A stretch of DNA of 64,000 bases from contig JAJDBT010000118.1 in the NCBI GenBank assembly GCA_029261215.1, positions 9,121 through 73,120 of the forward strand, written 5' to 3'. Of the stretch, positions 11,059 to 21,109 are shown piece after piece. The DNA is from Nitrospirota bacterium. GTDB taxonomy: Bacteria; Nitrospirota; Nitrospiria; SBBL01; JAADHI01. Made by a program: the position numbers and the translations under genes. The notes below the pieces were generated by a model, which saw only the letters and a program-made list of their open reading frames with translations, did no database searches and was not told where the DNA came from. Position 1 is the first letter of the stretch. Each line of letters begins with the position of its first letter.

Positions 11059-13239
11059 ATGAAAGATGATGCGATGAGAACAAAACCCGGAAAACCTTAT
11101 CCACTGGGTGCCACTTGGGACGGAGAGGGAGTCAATTTCGCAATTTTTTCTCAACACGCCACGGGCGTTTCGCTTTGCCTTTTTGAATCGGTAGACGCAA
11201 CAAAAGAATTCGAAACAATTGAGCTGACCGAGCAAATCGACATGGTTTGGCATGTCTATCTGCCCGATGCACGCCCCGGTTGGCTATATGGGTATCGGGT
11301 ACATGGCCCCTATGATCCCAGGGCCGGACATCGATTTAATGCCGCAAAATTGTTAACAGACCCCTACGCAAAAGAAATTGCCCGAAACATTCGATGGCAT
11401 AAAGCCATGTTGGCCTATCCGGACGGGACGCCTCAAAACGACCTGCTCTGCGACAAGACAGATAATGCGGCTTATGCCGCCCTCTGTAAGGTGATCGACC
11501 CGGCTTATGCCTGGCAAAATGACAAAGCCCCAAAACGACCCTGGAACGAAACCATTATCTACGAAACCCATATCAAAGGATTGACCGCCCTTCACCCAGA
11601 CATTCCTGAAGCGCTTCGCGGGACATACTCCGCCCTTGCTTCCGAACCCATGCTCGAATACTTACTGAACCTGGGTATTACAGCGGTCGAGTTGATGCCA
11701 GTTCATCATCATGTGGACGACTCCTTTCTTGTCGAGAAACACCTCACAAATTACTGGGGATACAACACACTTTCCTATTTTGCCCCTGACTTACGTTACT
11801 GCTCCGGGACACTTTCCCCGGTTGATGAATTTAAAAGAATGGTCCACGCCCTTCACAGCAAAGGCATCGAAGTGATCCTGGATGTCGTGTATAACCATAC
11901 GGCTGAAGGCAACCGTTTTGGCCCGACCCTCAGCTTTCGCGGCATCGATAATCTGTCCTATTACCGGGTTTCACCCGAATCACCCGAACAATATGTGGAC
12001 TACACCGGATGCGGAAACACCCTCAATGTACAGCAGCCTCATGTCCTGCAACTCATCATGGACAGCCTGCGGTACTGGATACTGGAGATGCATGTCGATG
12101 GATTTCGTTTTGATCTCGCCAGTACGCTCGCGCGTGAACTGCACGACGTGGATCGACTCGGTTCCTTTTTTGACATCATCCACCAGGATCCCGTCATCTC
12201 ACAGGTCAAACTCATTGCAGAACCTTGGGATTTGGGAGAAGGCGGATATCAGGTCGGCAACTTCCCCATTTTATGGACAGAGTGGAACGGCAAGTATCGG
12301 GACGCCATCCGAAAATTCTGGAAAAGCGAAGAATGTCAGGTCGCGGAGCTTGCAACCCGGCTGTCAGGAAGCAGCGACCTGTATGAAGCGGGCGGACGCA
12401 GACCGCATGCCAGCATTAACTTTGTCACCTGTCACGACGGCTTCACCCTAAGAGATTTGGTTAGCTACAATAAAAAACACAACGCGGCCAATCAGGAACA
12501 AAACAGAGACGGAGAAAATGACAACCACAGCTGGAATTGTGGCGTAGAAGGCCCGACGCAAGACCCGGACATACTCAGCCTGCGTGAGCGGCAACAACGT
12601 AATTTCATGGCGACACTGCTCATTTCCCAAGGGGTGCCCATGATCAGCGGCGGAGATGAAATCGGCCGGACACAAGGTGGAAACAACAACGCCTATTGCC
12701 AGGACAACGAAACAAGCTGGCATCATTGGCAGCTCGATCCAAAACAAAAGGCATTTTTAGAATTCACAAAAGACCTCATCGCCCTTAGAAAAAACCCGGT
12801 GCTGCGGCGACGGCATTTTTTTCAAGGGCGAAAAATCAGAGGCTCCGAAATCAAGGACATTACCTGGCTCTCCCCGACTGGAGAGGAAATGACCCATGAG
12901 GAGTGGCATGATATCTGTGCTCAATGTATGGGGATGCGGCTATCCGGAGATGCCATCATCGAGGTAGACGAAGCCGGTCATCCCATTACGGGAGAAACGC
13001 TCTTGATTTTGATGAATGCCAATTTGTGGATAGTGCCTTTTCAACTGCCCAACCATCAGAAAGATCTCCGATGGGAATTGCTCATCGATACAACACAAAG
13101 CACATTTAAGAAAACAGACAGGCCACGTTTAAAGTCGGGAGACACCTTTGAACTCATGGGACACAGCCTGGCCATTTTCCAACTGGAAGCGCCCTCACCC
13201 GCAAAAAGCGCCTCCTCTCAAAACAAAACGGATCATTGA
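11059..13239 (+). CDS. glgX: Glycogen debranching enzyme (GH13)
   Basis: The N-terminus reads PYPLGATWDGEGVNFAIFS. GH13 regions DVVYNHT, DGFRFDLA, AEPWD and FVTCHDGF are present. Confidence 0.92.
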   Translation: MKDDAMRTKPGKPYPLGATWDGEGVNFAIFSQHATGVSLCLFESVDATKEFETIELTEQIDMVWHVYLPDARPGWLYGYRVHGPYDPRAGHRFNAAKLLTDPYAKEIARNIRWHKAMLAYPDGTPQNDLLCDKTDNAAYAALCKVIDPAYAWQNDKAPKRPWNETIIYETHIKGLTALHPDIPEALRGTYSALASEPMLEYLLNLGITAVELMPVHHHVDDSFLVEKHLTNYWGYNTLSYFAPDLRYCSGTLSPVDEFKRMVHALHSKGIEVILDVVYNHTAEGNRFGPTLSFRGIDNLSYYRVSPESPEQYVDYTGCGNTLNVQQPHVLQLIMDSLRYWILEMHVDGFRFDLASTLARELHDVDRLGSFFDIIHQDPVISQVKLIAEPWDLGEGGYQVGNFPILWTEWNGKYRDAIRKFWKSEECQVAELATRLSGSSDLYEAGGRRPHASINFVTCHDGFTLRDLVSYNKKHNAANQEQNRDGENDNHSWNCGVEGPTQDPDILSLRERQQRNFMATLLISQGVPMISGGDEIGRTQGGNNNAYCQDNETSWHHWQLDPKQKAFLEFTKDLIALRKNPVLRRRHFFQGRKIRGSEIKDITWLSPTGEEMTHEEWHDICAQCMGMRLSGDAIIEVDEAGHPITGETLLILMNANLWIVPFQLPNHQKDLRWELLIDTTQSTFKKTDRPRLKSGDTFELMGHSLAIFQLEAPSPAKSASSQNKTDH

Positions 13240-15153
13240 TTGGACACTCACAACCATCATCTGACAGAAACAGACATCTACTTTTTCCATGCAGGCCGGC
13301 ATGCAAGGCTTTATGAAAAAATGGGCGCGCATCACACTCAGGAAGAAGGCAGAGACGGCACACTTTTCCGCGTTTGGGCACCCAGGGCCGATGCCGTCTC
13401 GGTGATCGGAGACTTCAACGGATGGACGCCTCATCAACATCCGCTCAAAAAACGCAAGGATCAGTCCGGAATATGGGAAAGATTTCACCCAGGGCTCATA
13501 AAAAACGAACGGTACAAATATCACATCACTTCAAAACATCACCATGAAGCCCTCGAAAAAGGCGACCCCTACGCCTTGATGTGGGAAGAGCCTCCCCGAA
13601 CAGCCTCGGTGGTGACCCAGCTAGACTACGCCTGGCTGGATCAGAAATGGATGAAAGATCGCGCAAAAAAAAATGCCTTGAATGCACCCATTTCTATCTA
13701 TGAAATGCACCTGGGTTCATGGCGACGAAAACCTGCGGAAGGAAATCGATTTCTTTCCTATCGGGAAATGGCCGAACCCTTGGTCGCCTATCTTCAGGAA
13801 ACGGGTTTCACTCATGTTGAGTTTCTCCCCGTCATGGAGCATCCATTTTACGGCTCATGGGGATACCAGGTTTCGGGTTATTTTGCCCCCAGTAACCGAT
13901 TCGGCACACCGCAAGATCTGATGTATCTCATCGACCAGTTACACCAGCATGACATCGGGGTCATCCTGGATTGGGTTCCTGCGCACTTTCCGGGGGATAA
14001 ACACGGCCTATCCTATTTTGATGGCAGCCCGCTTTATGAATATACAGAACCCACCAGACGCATTCACCCGGATTGGAACAGCCACATCTTTGATTACGGC
14101 CGCCCGGAAGTCCAGTCTTTCCTGATCAGCAATGCCTGTTTCTGGCTCGATAAATATCATATCGACGGCCTTCGCATCGACGCCGTCGCGTCCATGATCT
14201 ACCTCGACTACTCCAGAAAAGCCGGGGAATGGCAGCCCAATCAATACGGTGGAAACGAAAACCTCGAAGCCATTGCCTTCCTCAAAAAAATGAATGAAAT
14301 CATCTATCAGCACTACCCGGATGTGCAAACAATGGCGGAAGAATCCACCGCATGGCCAATGGTCTCCCGCCCGACTTATCTCGGCGGTCTGGGTTTCGGC
14401 ATAAAATGGAACATGGGCTGGATGCACGACACCCTCCTGTATTTCCAGAAAGACGCCATTTATCGAAAATATCATCAGGGAGATTTGACCTTCAGTCTGC
14501 TCTATGCCTTTTCGGAAAACTTTGTCCTCCCCCTTTCACACGATGAAGTCGTCCACGGCAAAGGCTCACTGATTGACAAAATGCCCGGTGATGACTGGCA
14601 AAAATTTGCGCAATTACGCTTGCTCTTTGGTTATATGTATGGACATCCGGGCAAAAAGCTCCTCTTTATGGGAAGTGAATTTGCCCAGCGCAGGGAATGG
14701 CATCACGACCACAGTCTTGACTGGCATCTTCTGCAATATCCCGCGCATCAGGGACTCAAAAAATGGGTTACAGACCTCAATCACCTTTACCGGTCTGAAA
14801 AAGCGCTCTATCAAAAGGATTTTCAGCCATCAGGCTTTGAGTGGATTGATGCGGCCGATCAAAACCAGTGTGTGATCAGCTTCCTCAGGCGTGCTGAAAA
14901 TGAGGAGGACTGCATCATTTTTATCTGCAACTTTACGCCAGAACCCCGCCATCACTATCAGATCGGCATGCCGCAAGCGGGCATATTTGAAGAGCTTTTA
15001 AACAGCGATGCATCGGACTACGGCGGCAGCGGCTTGGGGAACCTCGGATCAATCCAGACGATAAACGAGGCGGCGCACGGCCGGCCTTTTTCGATACGGC
15101 TGCTCCTGCCTCCGCTTTCAGTGATCATCTTAAAACAAGCGAGAGACAAATGA
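13240..15153 (+). CDS. glgB: 1,4-alpha-glucan branching enzyme (GH13)
   Basis: Carries regions [27 protein letters not shown] and [10 protein letters not shown]. Its TTG start abuts the glgX stop codon. Confidence 0.92.
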   Translation: MDTHNHHLTETDIYFFHAGRHARLYEKMGAHHTQEEGRDGTLFRVWAPRADAVSVIGDFNGWTPHQHPLKKRKDQSGIWERFHPGLIKNERYKYHITSKHHHEALEKGDPYALMWEEPPRTASVVTQLDYAWLDQKWMKDRAKKNALNAPISIYEMHLGSWRRKPAEGNRFLSYREMAEPLVAYLQETGFTHVEFLPVMEHPFYGSWGYQVSGYFAPSNRFGTPQDLMYLIDQLHQHDIGVILDWVPAHFPGDKHGLSYFDGSPLYEYTEPTRRIHPDWNSHIFDYGRPEVQSFLISNACFWLDKYHIDGLRIDAVASMIYLDYSRKAGEWQPNQYGGNENLEAIAFLKKMNEIIYQHYPDVQTMAEESTAWPMVSRPTYLGGLGFGIKWNMGWMHDTLLYFQKDAIYRKYHQGDLTFSLLYAFSENFVLPLSHDEVVHGKGSLIDKMPGDDWQKFAQLRLLFGYMYGHPGKKLLFMGSEFAQRREWHHDHSLDWHLLQYPAHQGLKKWVTDLNHLYRSEKALYQKDFQPSGFEWIDAADQNQCVISFLRRAENEEDCIIFICNFTPEPRHHYQIGMPQAGIFEELLNSDASDYGGSGLGNLGSIQTINEAAHGRPFSIRLLLPPLSVIILKQARDK

Positions 15154-16187
15154 CACGAGTCGTGATTATCGGTGGGGGAATGGGAGGAAGCTCCTTGCTG
15201 GAAATCTTCCAAAACGACCCTTTGGTTCAAATCGTTGGAATCGCCGATGTAGACAAAAATGCACCCGCCATTAAACTGGCCAGAAAATTGAAAATTCCGG
15301 TCACTCAAAATTACAAACGGCTTCTCAAACCCCAAAAAGCAGACCTCGTTATCGATGTGACCGGCAACCAGGAAATCCAAAGCGATCTACAATCGGCGCT
15401 TTCGCCCGGAATGGCGATGATCGGCGGCCCTTCGGCAAAATTCATGTGGCAATTAATCGAAGAGCGGATCAAGAGTAAAGAACAAATCGAGCAGCACCTG
15501 CTCGAATATCAGGCCCTTTACCGTCTCTACGTCAAAGAAGTCGAGCATGCCATTGCTGAAGAACGCACCCGAATCGCCTGCGACATCCATGATGGACTTA
15601 TTCAGACCCTGGCCGGCCTGAATTACCACATTGAATTCTGTATCGACCAGATTGAAAAAAATAAAGATGGAGCCTTGAAGTCTATTCAGGAAACTCAGAA
15701 ACTGCTGAAAGAAAGCATTGTCGAGGCCAGAGAAGTGGTCTTTAACCTGCGGCCCATTACACTCGGCCGCTCCGGGTTGTATCAGGCCCTGGCGAAATAT
15801 ATGACGACCTTTGAAAAACAATACAAAATCAAAACCACTCTTCAAACCACAGGCTCGGAATCAAACATCCCCGCAGAAGCCAAAGTCTTTGTTTTTCGCA
15901 TTATTCTGGAAGCCCTGGCGAATGTGCAAAAACACTCGGAGGGCGACCGGGTTCAGGTCAAAGTGCTCACGCAAAAAACGGGACTCAAAGCCTCCATTAT
16001 CGACAACGGAATTGGATACAAGGCCCACCGCTCACAACCCGAGACGGAACACCGGACTTCCTTTGGACTTGAAGCGATCTCAGAAAGGGCACGCCTTCTG
16101 GGTGGCACGGCCAAAATCACCAGCCGCATTGGTAAGGGCACAAAGGTCGCCATTGAAATCCCCCTGACAAAAGAGGTTTTGATATGA
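15150..16187 (+). CDS. Soluble sensor histidine kinase (HisKA_3/NarL-partner type) with an N-terminal Rossmann-like input domain
   Basis: No TM segment is visible. It has GxGxxG ([10 protein letters not shown]), H-box [13 protein letters not shown] and ATPase boxes [16 protein letters not shown] and [14 protein letters not shown]. An ATGA overlap joins it to glgB. Confidence 0.85.
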   Translation: MTRVVIIGGGMGGSSLLEIFQNDPLVQIVGIADVDKNAPAIKLARKLKIPVTQNYKRLLKPQKADLVIDVTGNQEIQSDLQSALSPGMAMIGGPSAKFMWQLIEERIKSKEQIEQHLLEYQALYRLYVKEVEHAIAEERTRIACDIHDGLIQTLAGLNYHIEFCIDQIEKNKDGALKSIQETQKLLKESIVEAREVVFNLRPITLGRSGLYQALAKYMTTFEKQYKIKTTLQTTGSESNIPAEAKVFVFRIILEALANVQKHSEGDRVQVKVLTQKTGLKASIIDNGIGYKAHRSQPETEHRTSFGLEAISERARLLGGTAKITSRIGKGTKVAIEIPLTKEVLI

Positions 16188-16861
16188 ACAAGGTAAAACT
16201 GCTCATTGTAGATGACCATCGTGTGGTTCGCGAAGGACTTGGCGCCATTCTGAAAACCAAGGAAGATATTGATCTGATTGGGGAAGCGACCAATGGCCTT
16301 GAAGCCGTGAGCATGGCCAATACACTCCAGCCCGATGTCATTCTGATGGACATCTCTATGCCAAAAATGAACGGGATTAAAGCCACCGAGATGATTAAAC
16401 AAGCGTCCCCTGAAATCGGCATCGTGGCCCTCACCATGCACGACGACGATACAACCATACTTGAGCTGGTTCAGGCTGGCGTAGACGGGTACCTTCTAAA
16501 AGACGCAGACTCGGCAGAAATTGTGAAAGCGATTCTAACCGTGCACCGGGGCGAATCCGTAATCGACCCGCTCATCACAAAAAAGATTCTCGGGGAATTG
16601 ACGCAAAAAAAACCGCTTCAGCGAGAGCCTCGTTTGGAGAACAAGTACCATCTGAGCGGCAGGGAGCTTGAGGTTTTGCAACTGGTCGCGCGAGGAGAAA
16701 CAAACAAGGAAATTGCAAATGATCTGGGCTTGAGCGAAAAAACGATCAAGAATCATCTGCGAAATATCTTTACAAAAATGAGCGTCGATGACCGGACAAA
16801 GGCGGCCATTCAGGGGATACAGGACGGCTTGATCGACCTTGAAGCCAATCCCCTGAAATAA
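16184..16861 (+). CDS. LuxR/NarL-family response regulator
   Basis: A receiver (LIVDDH, DVILMDISMPKMNG) is joined to a LuxR HTH (LSGRELEVLQLVARGETNKEIANDLGLSEKTIKNH). It overlaps the kinase gene by 4 nt. Confidence 0.92.
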   Translation: MNKVKLLIVDDHRVVREGLGAILKTKEDIDLIGEATNGLEAVSMANTLQPDVILMDISMPKMNGIKATEMIKQASPEIGIVALTMHDDDTTILELVQAGVDGYLLKDADSAEIVKAILTVHRGESVIDPLITKKILGELTQKKPLQREPRLENKYHLSGRELEVLQLVARGETNKEIANDLGLSEKTIKNHLRNIFTKMSVDDRTKAAIQGIQDGLIDLEANPLK

Positions 16862-16886
16862 TACCCGCAGTCCGCTGAAAAAAAGC

Positions 16887-17204
16887 TTAAGACGCGCCTT
16901 GAGCTGCGCGGTGCACAACAACCGCTTTTGCAAGCAGGCCTGTTTTGTGATTTTCAAATGTGACCACAATCGTATCGTTCACATTCACTTTTTTGAGCAC
17001 ATCGCCTTCACCCACAAAAGCAATTGCTTTTTGGGACTCTGCATCAATCAAGGACATTGTGCCTTTGTCAGGGTCAACAAACTTCACAACACCCATGTGC
17101 TTTTCAGGGCCAAGACTCGAGCAGGCTAGAACAGATCCGCCCGCGAAAATTACACCAGAAAACACCGCAACAACTGCCCACATGATTTTCGTCATTTTTT
17201 TCAT
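16887..17204 (-). CDS. Small putative lipoprotein, unknown function (105 aa from ATG 17204)
   Basis: ATG 17204 is preceded by GGAGGA. The signal peptide ends in lipobox VLAC. I recognise no family. Confidence 0.6.
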   Translation of the reverse strand: MKKMTKIMWAVVAVFSGVIFAGGSVLACSSLGPEKHMGVVKFVDPDKGTMSLIDAESQKAIAFVGEGDVLKKVNVNDTIVVTFENHKTGLLAKAVVVHRAAQGAS

Positions 17205-17231
17205 GTCTTCCTCCTCATTTATCTTGTACAA

Positions 17232-17260
17232 ATCCTAGGCTTTTTTGACAGACAAGTCAA
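17232..17260 (-). promoter_or_regulatory. Sigma70-like promoter for the small lipoprotein gene (TTGACT-17 nt-TAGGAT on the minus strand)
   Basis: On the plus strand the hexamers read as agtcaa (17255-17260) and atccta (17232-17237). The -10 lies about 27 nt upstream of ATG 17204. Confidence 0.45.
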
Positions 17261-17288
17261 TTCATCCAAAACATCCGCCACATAAAAA

Positions 17289-17462
17289 TCAGGATTTTAG
17301 TGGGAAGGCTTCGTCAATCAGCATAATCGGAATATCGTCTCGTATCGGATAAATCACCTGACAGACCGAACAAATCAGTCCATCCTCTTGTTCATTCAAC
17401 TGAATTTCACCTTTACACTTTGGGCAAGCGAGTATATTTAATAAATCCGGGTTAATGGGCAT
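17289..17462 (-). CDS. Trm112/YcaR (UPF0434)-like small zinc-ribbon protein, 57 aa (not in the supplied ORF track)
   Basis: My own translation gives MPINPDLLNILACPKCKGEIQLNEQEDGLICSVCQVIYPIRDDIPIMLIDEAFPLKS. It carries the CPxC...CxxC pattern and the C-terminal PIMLxDEA signature of this family. Confidence 0.75.
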   Translation of the reverse strand: MPINPDLLNILACPKCKGEIQLNEQEDGLICSVCQVIYPIRDDIPIMLIDEAFPLKS

Positions 17463-17493
17463 CTCAGCCTCCTTATCTCATTGTTCCATCTGT

Positions 17494-19116
17494 TTATTTA
17501 TGAATCACTTCCTGTTTTAAAATCCAGTCAACCGCTTCCGAAAAATCGTTCGAGACATGGGCTGAGACATCTCCAGATGCCTCCAAAAAGGAAAGCGTGG
17601 CCAGACCTTCCCCTGTTTTTACAAGAATCGCCTTCGCTTGCTGTTCCGGCAGCAGGGCCTCCACAAGCCCCAAATCAGAACGTTTATCCCCCACAACATA
17701 GGAACACGAAAAATCGATGGGATAATCCCGCAATGCCTTTTTAATCATGCCGCCCGCAGGTTTCCGGCAATCACAGGCCATCCAGTCCGGATGGTGGGGA
17801 CATGAATAAATCCCGTCAAGATACGCCCCTTCACGCGCAAGCAGCCGCTGAAGGTAAAGATGCAATTCATCCACAAATGCCGCATCAAACAAGCCGCGTG
17901 CGACACCCGACTGATTGGTCACTAAAATAACAGGCAGTCCGGCCTGATTGAGCCGGGAGATCGATTCGGCCACACCGGGAAAAAGAGAGAATCGCGCGAT
18001 CGAATCAATATATCCATCGTCTGGATTCATCGTGCCGTCCCGGTCTATAAAAACAGCGGGCACCGTCTTCTTGGGTGCATTCATCAAACGAAGTGCCGCA
18101 CCATAAACCGCATCTGGGCTGAGTCCCGTCATGCAGCGGTGATCAATCGGGCACTCCCGATGCCGACAGGGGGCACATTCCACCTGGTTCTGGACAAGGA
18201 TATCGTATGCCCCGTTTGAAAAGGAAGCAGTCGGATTCGTAGGCCCAAAGACCGCCACCTGAGGCACTTTCAATGCCGAAGCCACATGCATCGGGCCGGA
18301 ATCATTCGAGATAAAAAGTCGGCAGGCTTGAATACACGCCATCATTTGACGCACCGTCGTTTTCCCCGTCAGGATAATCGCCTGTGACTTCATGATGGTT
18401 TGAATGTCTTCGGCAACAGGCCGTTCAGAAGGTCCGCCAAAAATCAGAATCTGGGCCTGAAATTGATCCGATAAACGGTCAGCCACTTCGGCAAAACGCT
18501 CAGGGAGCCATCGTTTTGCCGTGCCGTAGGCTGCGCCCGGATTGATGCCAATCAGGGGTTTCGAAAGGTCTGCCCCCAACATCTTCAAAAAATGTCGTGC
18601 GGCGCTTCGTTCAGTCTCTGTAAGCACCAGGTAGGGATCTTTTTTCTTCGTCTCAGCTTCGTGTTTTGCCACGGGCAGCCCGATTAGAGGGATCAGCGCA
18701 AGATATGCGTCCGAGCGATGCAGCGGAGCTGACTTTTTTTTCAGGGCCGCTGTTAACAAAATTCGCCGCCCGTCCGTCGCATAGCCTAGCCGCTGGGGAA
18801 TTCCGGCAAAAAAAGCCAATAAAGCGGCTTCCAGCGCATTTTGAAGCAAGAAGGCCAGGTCAAAACGCTCCTTTCGCAACAAACGGATTAAACGAAAAAG
18901 CCCCCGTATTCCCGAATGCGGGCCGGGATCATCATAAACCATGACCCGGTCGATATCAGGATGTGCGACAAACAGGGCCGCAACCGCCGGTTTTGCCAAA
19001 AGAACAATTTCTGCATCTTTAAAGGTATGACGCAGCGCAGAAAGCGCCGGGGTAGACATGACCGCATCCCCGATCCAGTTGGGCGCCCGAACCACTATTT
19101 TTTTTACGGCCTTCAC
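17494..19116 (-). CDS. waaF/gmhB: Fusion protein: ADP-heptose:LPS heptosyltransferase (GT9) + D,D-heptose-1,7-bisphosphate phosphatase (HAD)
   Basis: The N-terminal ~345 aa are GT9-like (VRAPNWIGDAVMSTPAL). The C-terminal ~190 aa carry GmhB motifs VFIDRDGTMN, VTNQSGVARG, CDCRKPAGGM and VGDKRSD. Confidence 0.82.
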   Translation of the reverse strand: MKAVKKIVVRAPNWIGDAVMSTPALSALRHTFKDAEIVLLAKPAVAALFVAHPDIDRVMVYDDPGPHSGIRGLFRLIRLLRKERFDLAFLLQNALEAALLAFFAGIPQRLGYATDGRRILLTAALKKKSAPLHRSDAYLALIPLIGLPVAKHEAETKKKDPYLVLTETERSAARHFLKMLGADLSKPLIGINPGAAYGTAKRWLPERFAEVADRLSDQFQAQILIFGGPSERPVAEDIQTIMKSQAIILTGKTTVRQMMACIQACRLFISNDSGPMHVASALKVPQVAVFGPTNPTASFSNGAYDILVQNQVECAPCRHRECPIDHRCMTGLSPDAVYGAALRLMNAPKKTVPAVFIDRDGTMNPDDGYIDSIARFSLFPGVAESISRLNQAGLPVILVTNQSGVARGLFDAAFVDELHLYLQRLLAREGAYLDGIYSCPHHPDWMACDCRKPAGGMIKKALRDYPIDFSCSYVVGDKRSDLGLVEALLPEQQAKAILVKTGEGLATLSFLEASGDVSAHVSNDFSEAVDWILKQEVIHK

Positions 19117-20015
19117 GAGGGTTCAGCCTTTTGTGTTTCTTCAGGCTGCGTTTTCCAGCGGCGGTGCAGCCAGAGCCAGTGGTCCGGATATTGGCGGACA
19201 TAAAATTCAATTTTTTTCGTAAAAAGGGTGGTGATATCAATCATATCCTGTTTTAAATTCCCCGTGCGCGGCAGGGTCATAGGTTTTTCAATAATCAGTT
19301 GATGCCCGCCTTTTTTACGGATAATAAACATGGGCACCACGGGTGCGCCCGTTCGAAGCGCAATCGTCGCCAAAGCTTTGTTGGTCGCGGCGGGCCGCCC
19401 AAAATAATCTACAAAAATAGCTTTCGCGCGCCCCACATCCTGATCCAATAAAAACCCGATAGACTTCCCCTGCCGTAACAGCTTGATAATTTCACCCGTT
19501 TCAGAGCGTTTATTCAGAACTACATTACCAAAACGCTCACGCATTCCCTGCACCATTTGATTCAGGTAGGGGTTATCAATCGGGCGGACGATTACATGCA
19601 TCGGGGCGCCTTCGGTTCCCAGGGCCAGGGGAATCCACTCCCAACTGCCAAAGTGTGCGCCTAGCAAAATGACCCCTTTATGCTCTTTTAGAGCCGCTCG
19701 ATAATGTTCAAGACCCACAATCTCCGTTCTCGCTTTAATTTCATCGGGAGGCATTGTAGCCAGTCGAATGGCTTCTATGCCGGAGCGGCCAATATTTTGA
19801 TAGACCCCAAGCAGAATGGCATCCAACTCCGCTTCACTTTTTTCATTTTTAAAAGATGCTCGGAGGTTGTTCAAAGCAATCAGGCGATGCCGTTTGTCAA
19901 AGCGGTGCATCAGGGAACCCAGCCGGGCCCCCAACTTTAAAGCGGCATCAAAAGACAAGGTCTCGACAAATGCGCTCAAAAGGCGCATCGCCAGATAGGT
20001 CGCTTTCTCTTTCAT
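19113..20015 (-). CDS. lpxL: Lipid A late (secondary) acyltransferase, HtrB/MsbB-type LPLAT family
   Basis: 300 aa with a family-typical length and layout. It sits between lpxK and the heptosyltransferase, with 4-nt overlaps on both sides. Confidence 0.65.
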   Translation of the reverse strand: MKEKATYLAMRLLSAFVETLSFDAALKLGARLGSLMHRFDKRHRLIALNNLRASFKNEKSEAELDAILLGVYQNIGRSGIEAIRLATMPPDEIKARTEIVGLEHYRAALKEHKGVILLGAHFGSWEWIPLALGTEGAPMHVIVRPIDNPYLNQMVQGMRERFGNVVLNKRSETGEIIKLLRQGKSIGFLLDQDVGRAKAIFVDYFGRPAATNKALATIALRTGAPVVPMFIIRKKGGHQLIIEKPMTLPRTGNLKQDMIDITTLFTKKIEFYVRQYPDHWLWLHRRWKTQPEETQKAEPS

Positions 20016-21109
20016 CGTTCAAACAGCTTTGAAAGCATCGCATCCGATCCCGATTTGAATGTCAGGGCAATGCGAAGGGCAAACACATCGAAATGGTCGG
20101 GGATGAATCTTTTTATTTTAACCGCATCCTTTTCCGTCGTCACCATTCGGGTCATGCCGCGTTTTTTAGCCGCTGCGACGATTTCGAGCATGTCTGTTTC
20201 TTTATAGTCATGGTGATCTTCAAACACAAAAGGGGATTCGAGCTTTGCGCCCAGGCCCTCCAATTGCCCCAAAAAAGCATCGGGATTTCCAATGCCACAA
20301 AAGGGCATCACAGACATACCCTGCAAATCTGAAGGGTTCGATGATGCGCCCGTTTTGACATTGATCAAGTCTGTGGCCTTAAACCGGCTTTGCAGGATTT
20401 TTTTTTGAAACGGCCGAACTTTCTGCACCATTTCATCCATCGCAAGACGATCATTCGTCCGCGTAAAAATCACATAGTCAGCCCGCGTCATCGACTTAAG
20501 CGGTTCTCTCAAACACCCTCTCGGCAAGAGGTAAGCATTCCCGAAAGGGTTTGTCGCATCAATAATCAAGAGATTTAAATCCCGGTGCAGCTTTAAATGT
20601 TGAAACCCGTCATCCAACAAAATCACATCAACCCCAAAAAGGCGGATTAATGTTTCACAGCCTTTCACACGATCCGCCGAAACGGCAATCGGAATACCCG
20701 ACAAGCGCTCGGCCATTAAGTAGGGTTCATCGCCCACAATATCAGGCCCGGACAGCGGTTTTCCGCCTTCGGAAACAACCAGGACCTCTTTTTCATTTGA
20801 GCGGCGATATCCCCGGCTCACGATGCCGACCTTCGCTCCTCTTTCTTGCCATTGCTCCGCAAGGTAGATGGTCATCGGTGTTTTTCCTGTGCCCCCGGCC
20901 GTGATATTCCCGATGCTGACAACATGGCAATTCACTTTTTTTTTCGAAAGTATCCTTTTTTCGTAAAGAAAAATCCGAAGCTGGATCACTGCGCCATAAA
21001 ACACAGAGGCCACCGTGAAGGGAAAGCGGAGCAAATTCGCAAGTCCTTTTTCTTCCCGCCACATCCACGCCAGAAAGGGATTCACCCGGTTTGTCGCTGC
21101 CTGCGCCAT
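20012..21109 (-). CDS. lpxK: Tetraacyldisaccharide 4'-kinase
   Basis: P-loop GNITAGGTGKTP is present. 365 aa. Confidence 0.9.
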   Translation of the reverse strand: MAQAATNRVNPFLAWMWREEKGLANLLRFPFTVASVFYGAVIQLRIFLYEKRILSKKKVNCHVVSIGNITAGGTGKTPMTIYLAEQWQERGAKVGIVSRGYRRSNEKEVLVVSEGGKPLSGPDIVGDEPYLMAERLSGIPIAVSADRVKGCETLIRLFGVDVILLDDGFQHLKLHRDLNLLIIDATNPFGNAYLLPRGCLREPLKSMTRADYVIFTRTNDRLAMDEMVQKVRPFQKKILQSRFKATDLINVKTGASSNPSDLQGMSVMPFCGIGNPDAFLGQLEGLGAKLESPFVFEDHHDYKETDMLEIVAAAKKRGMTRMVTTEKDAVKIKRFIPDHFDVFALRIALTFKSGSDAMLSKLFER

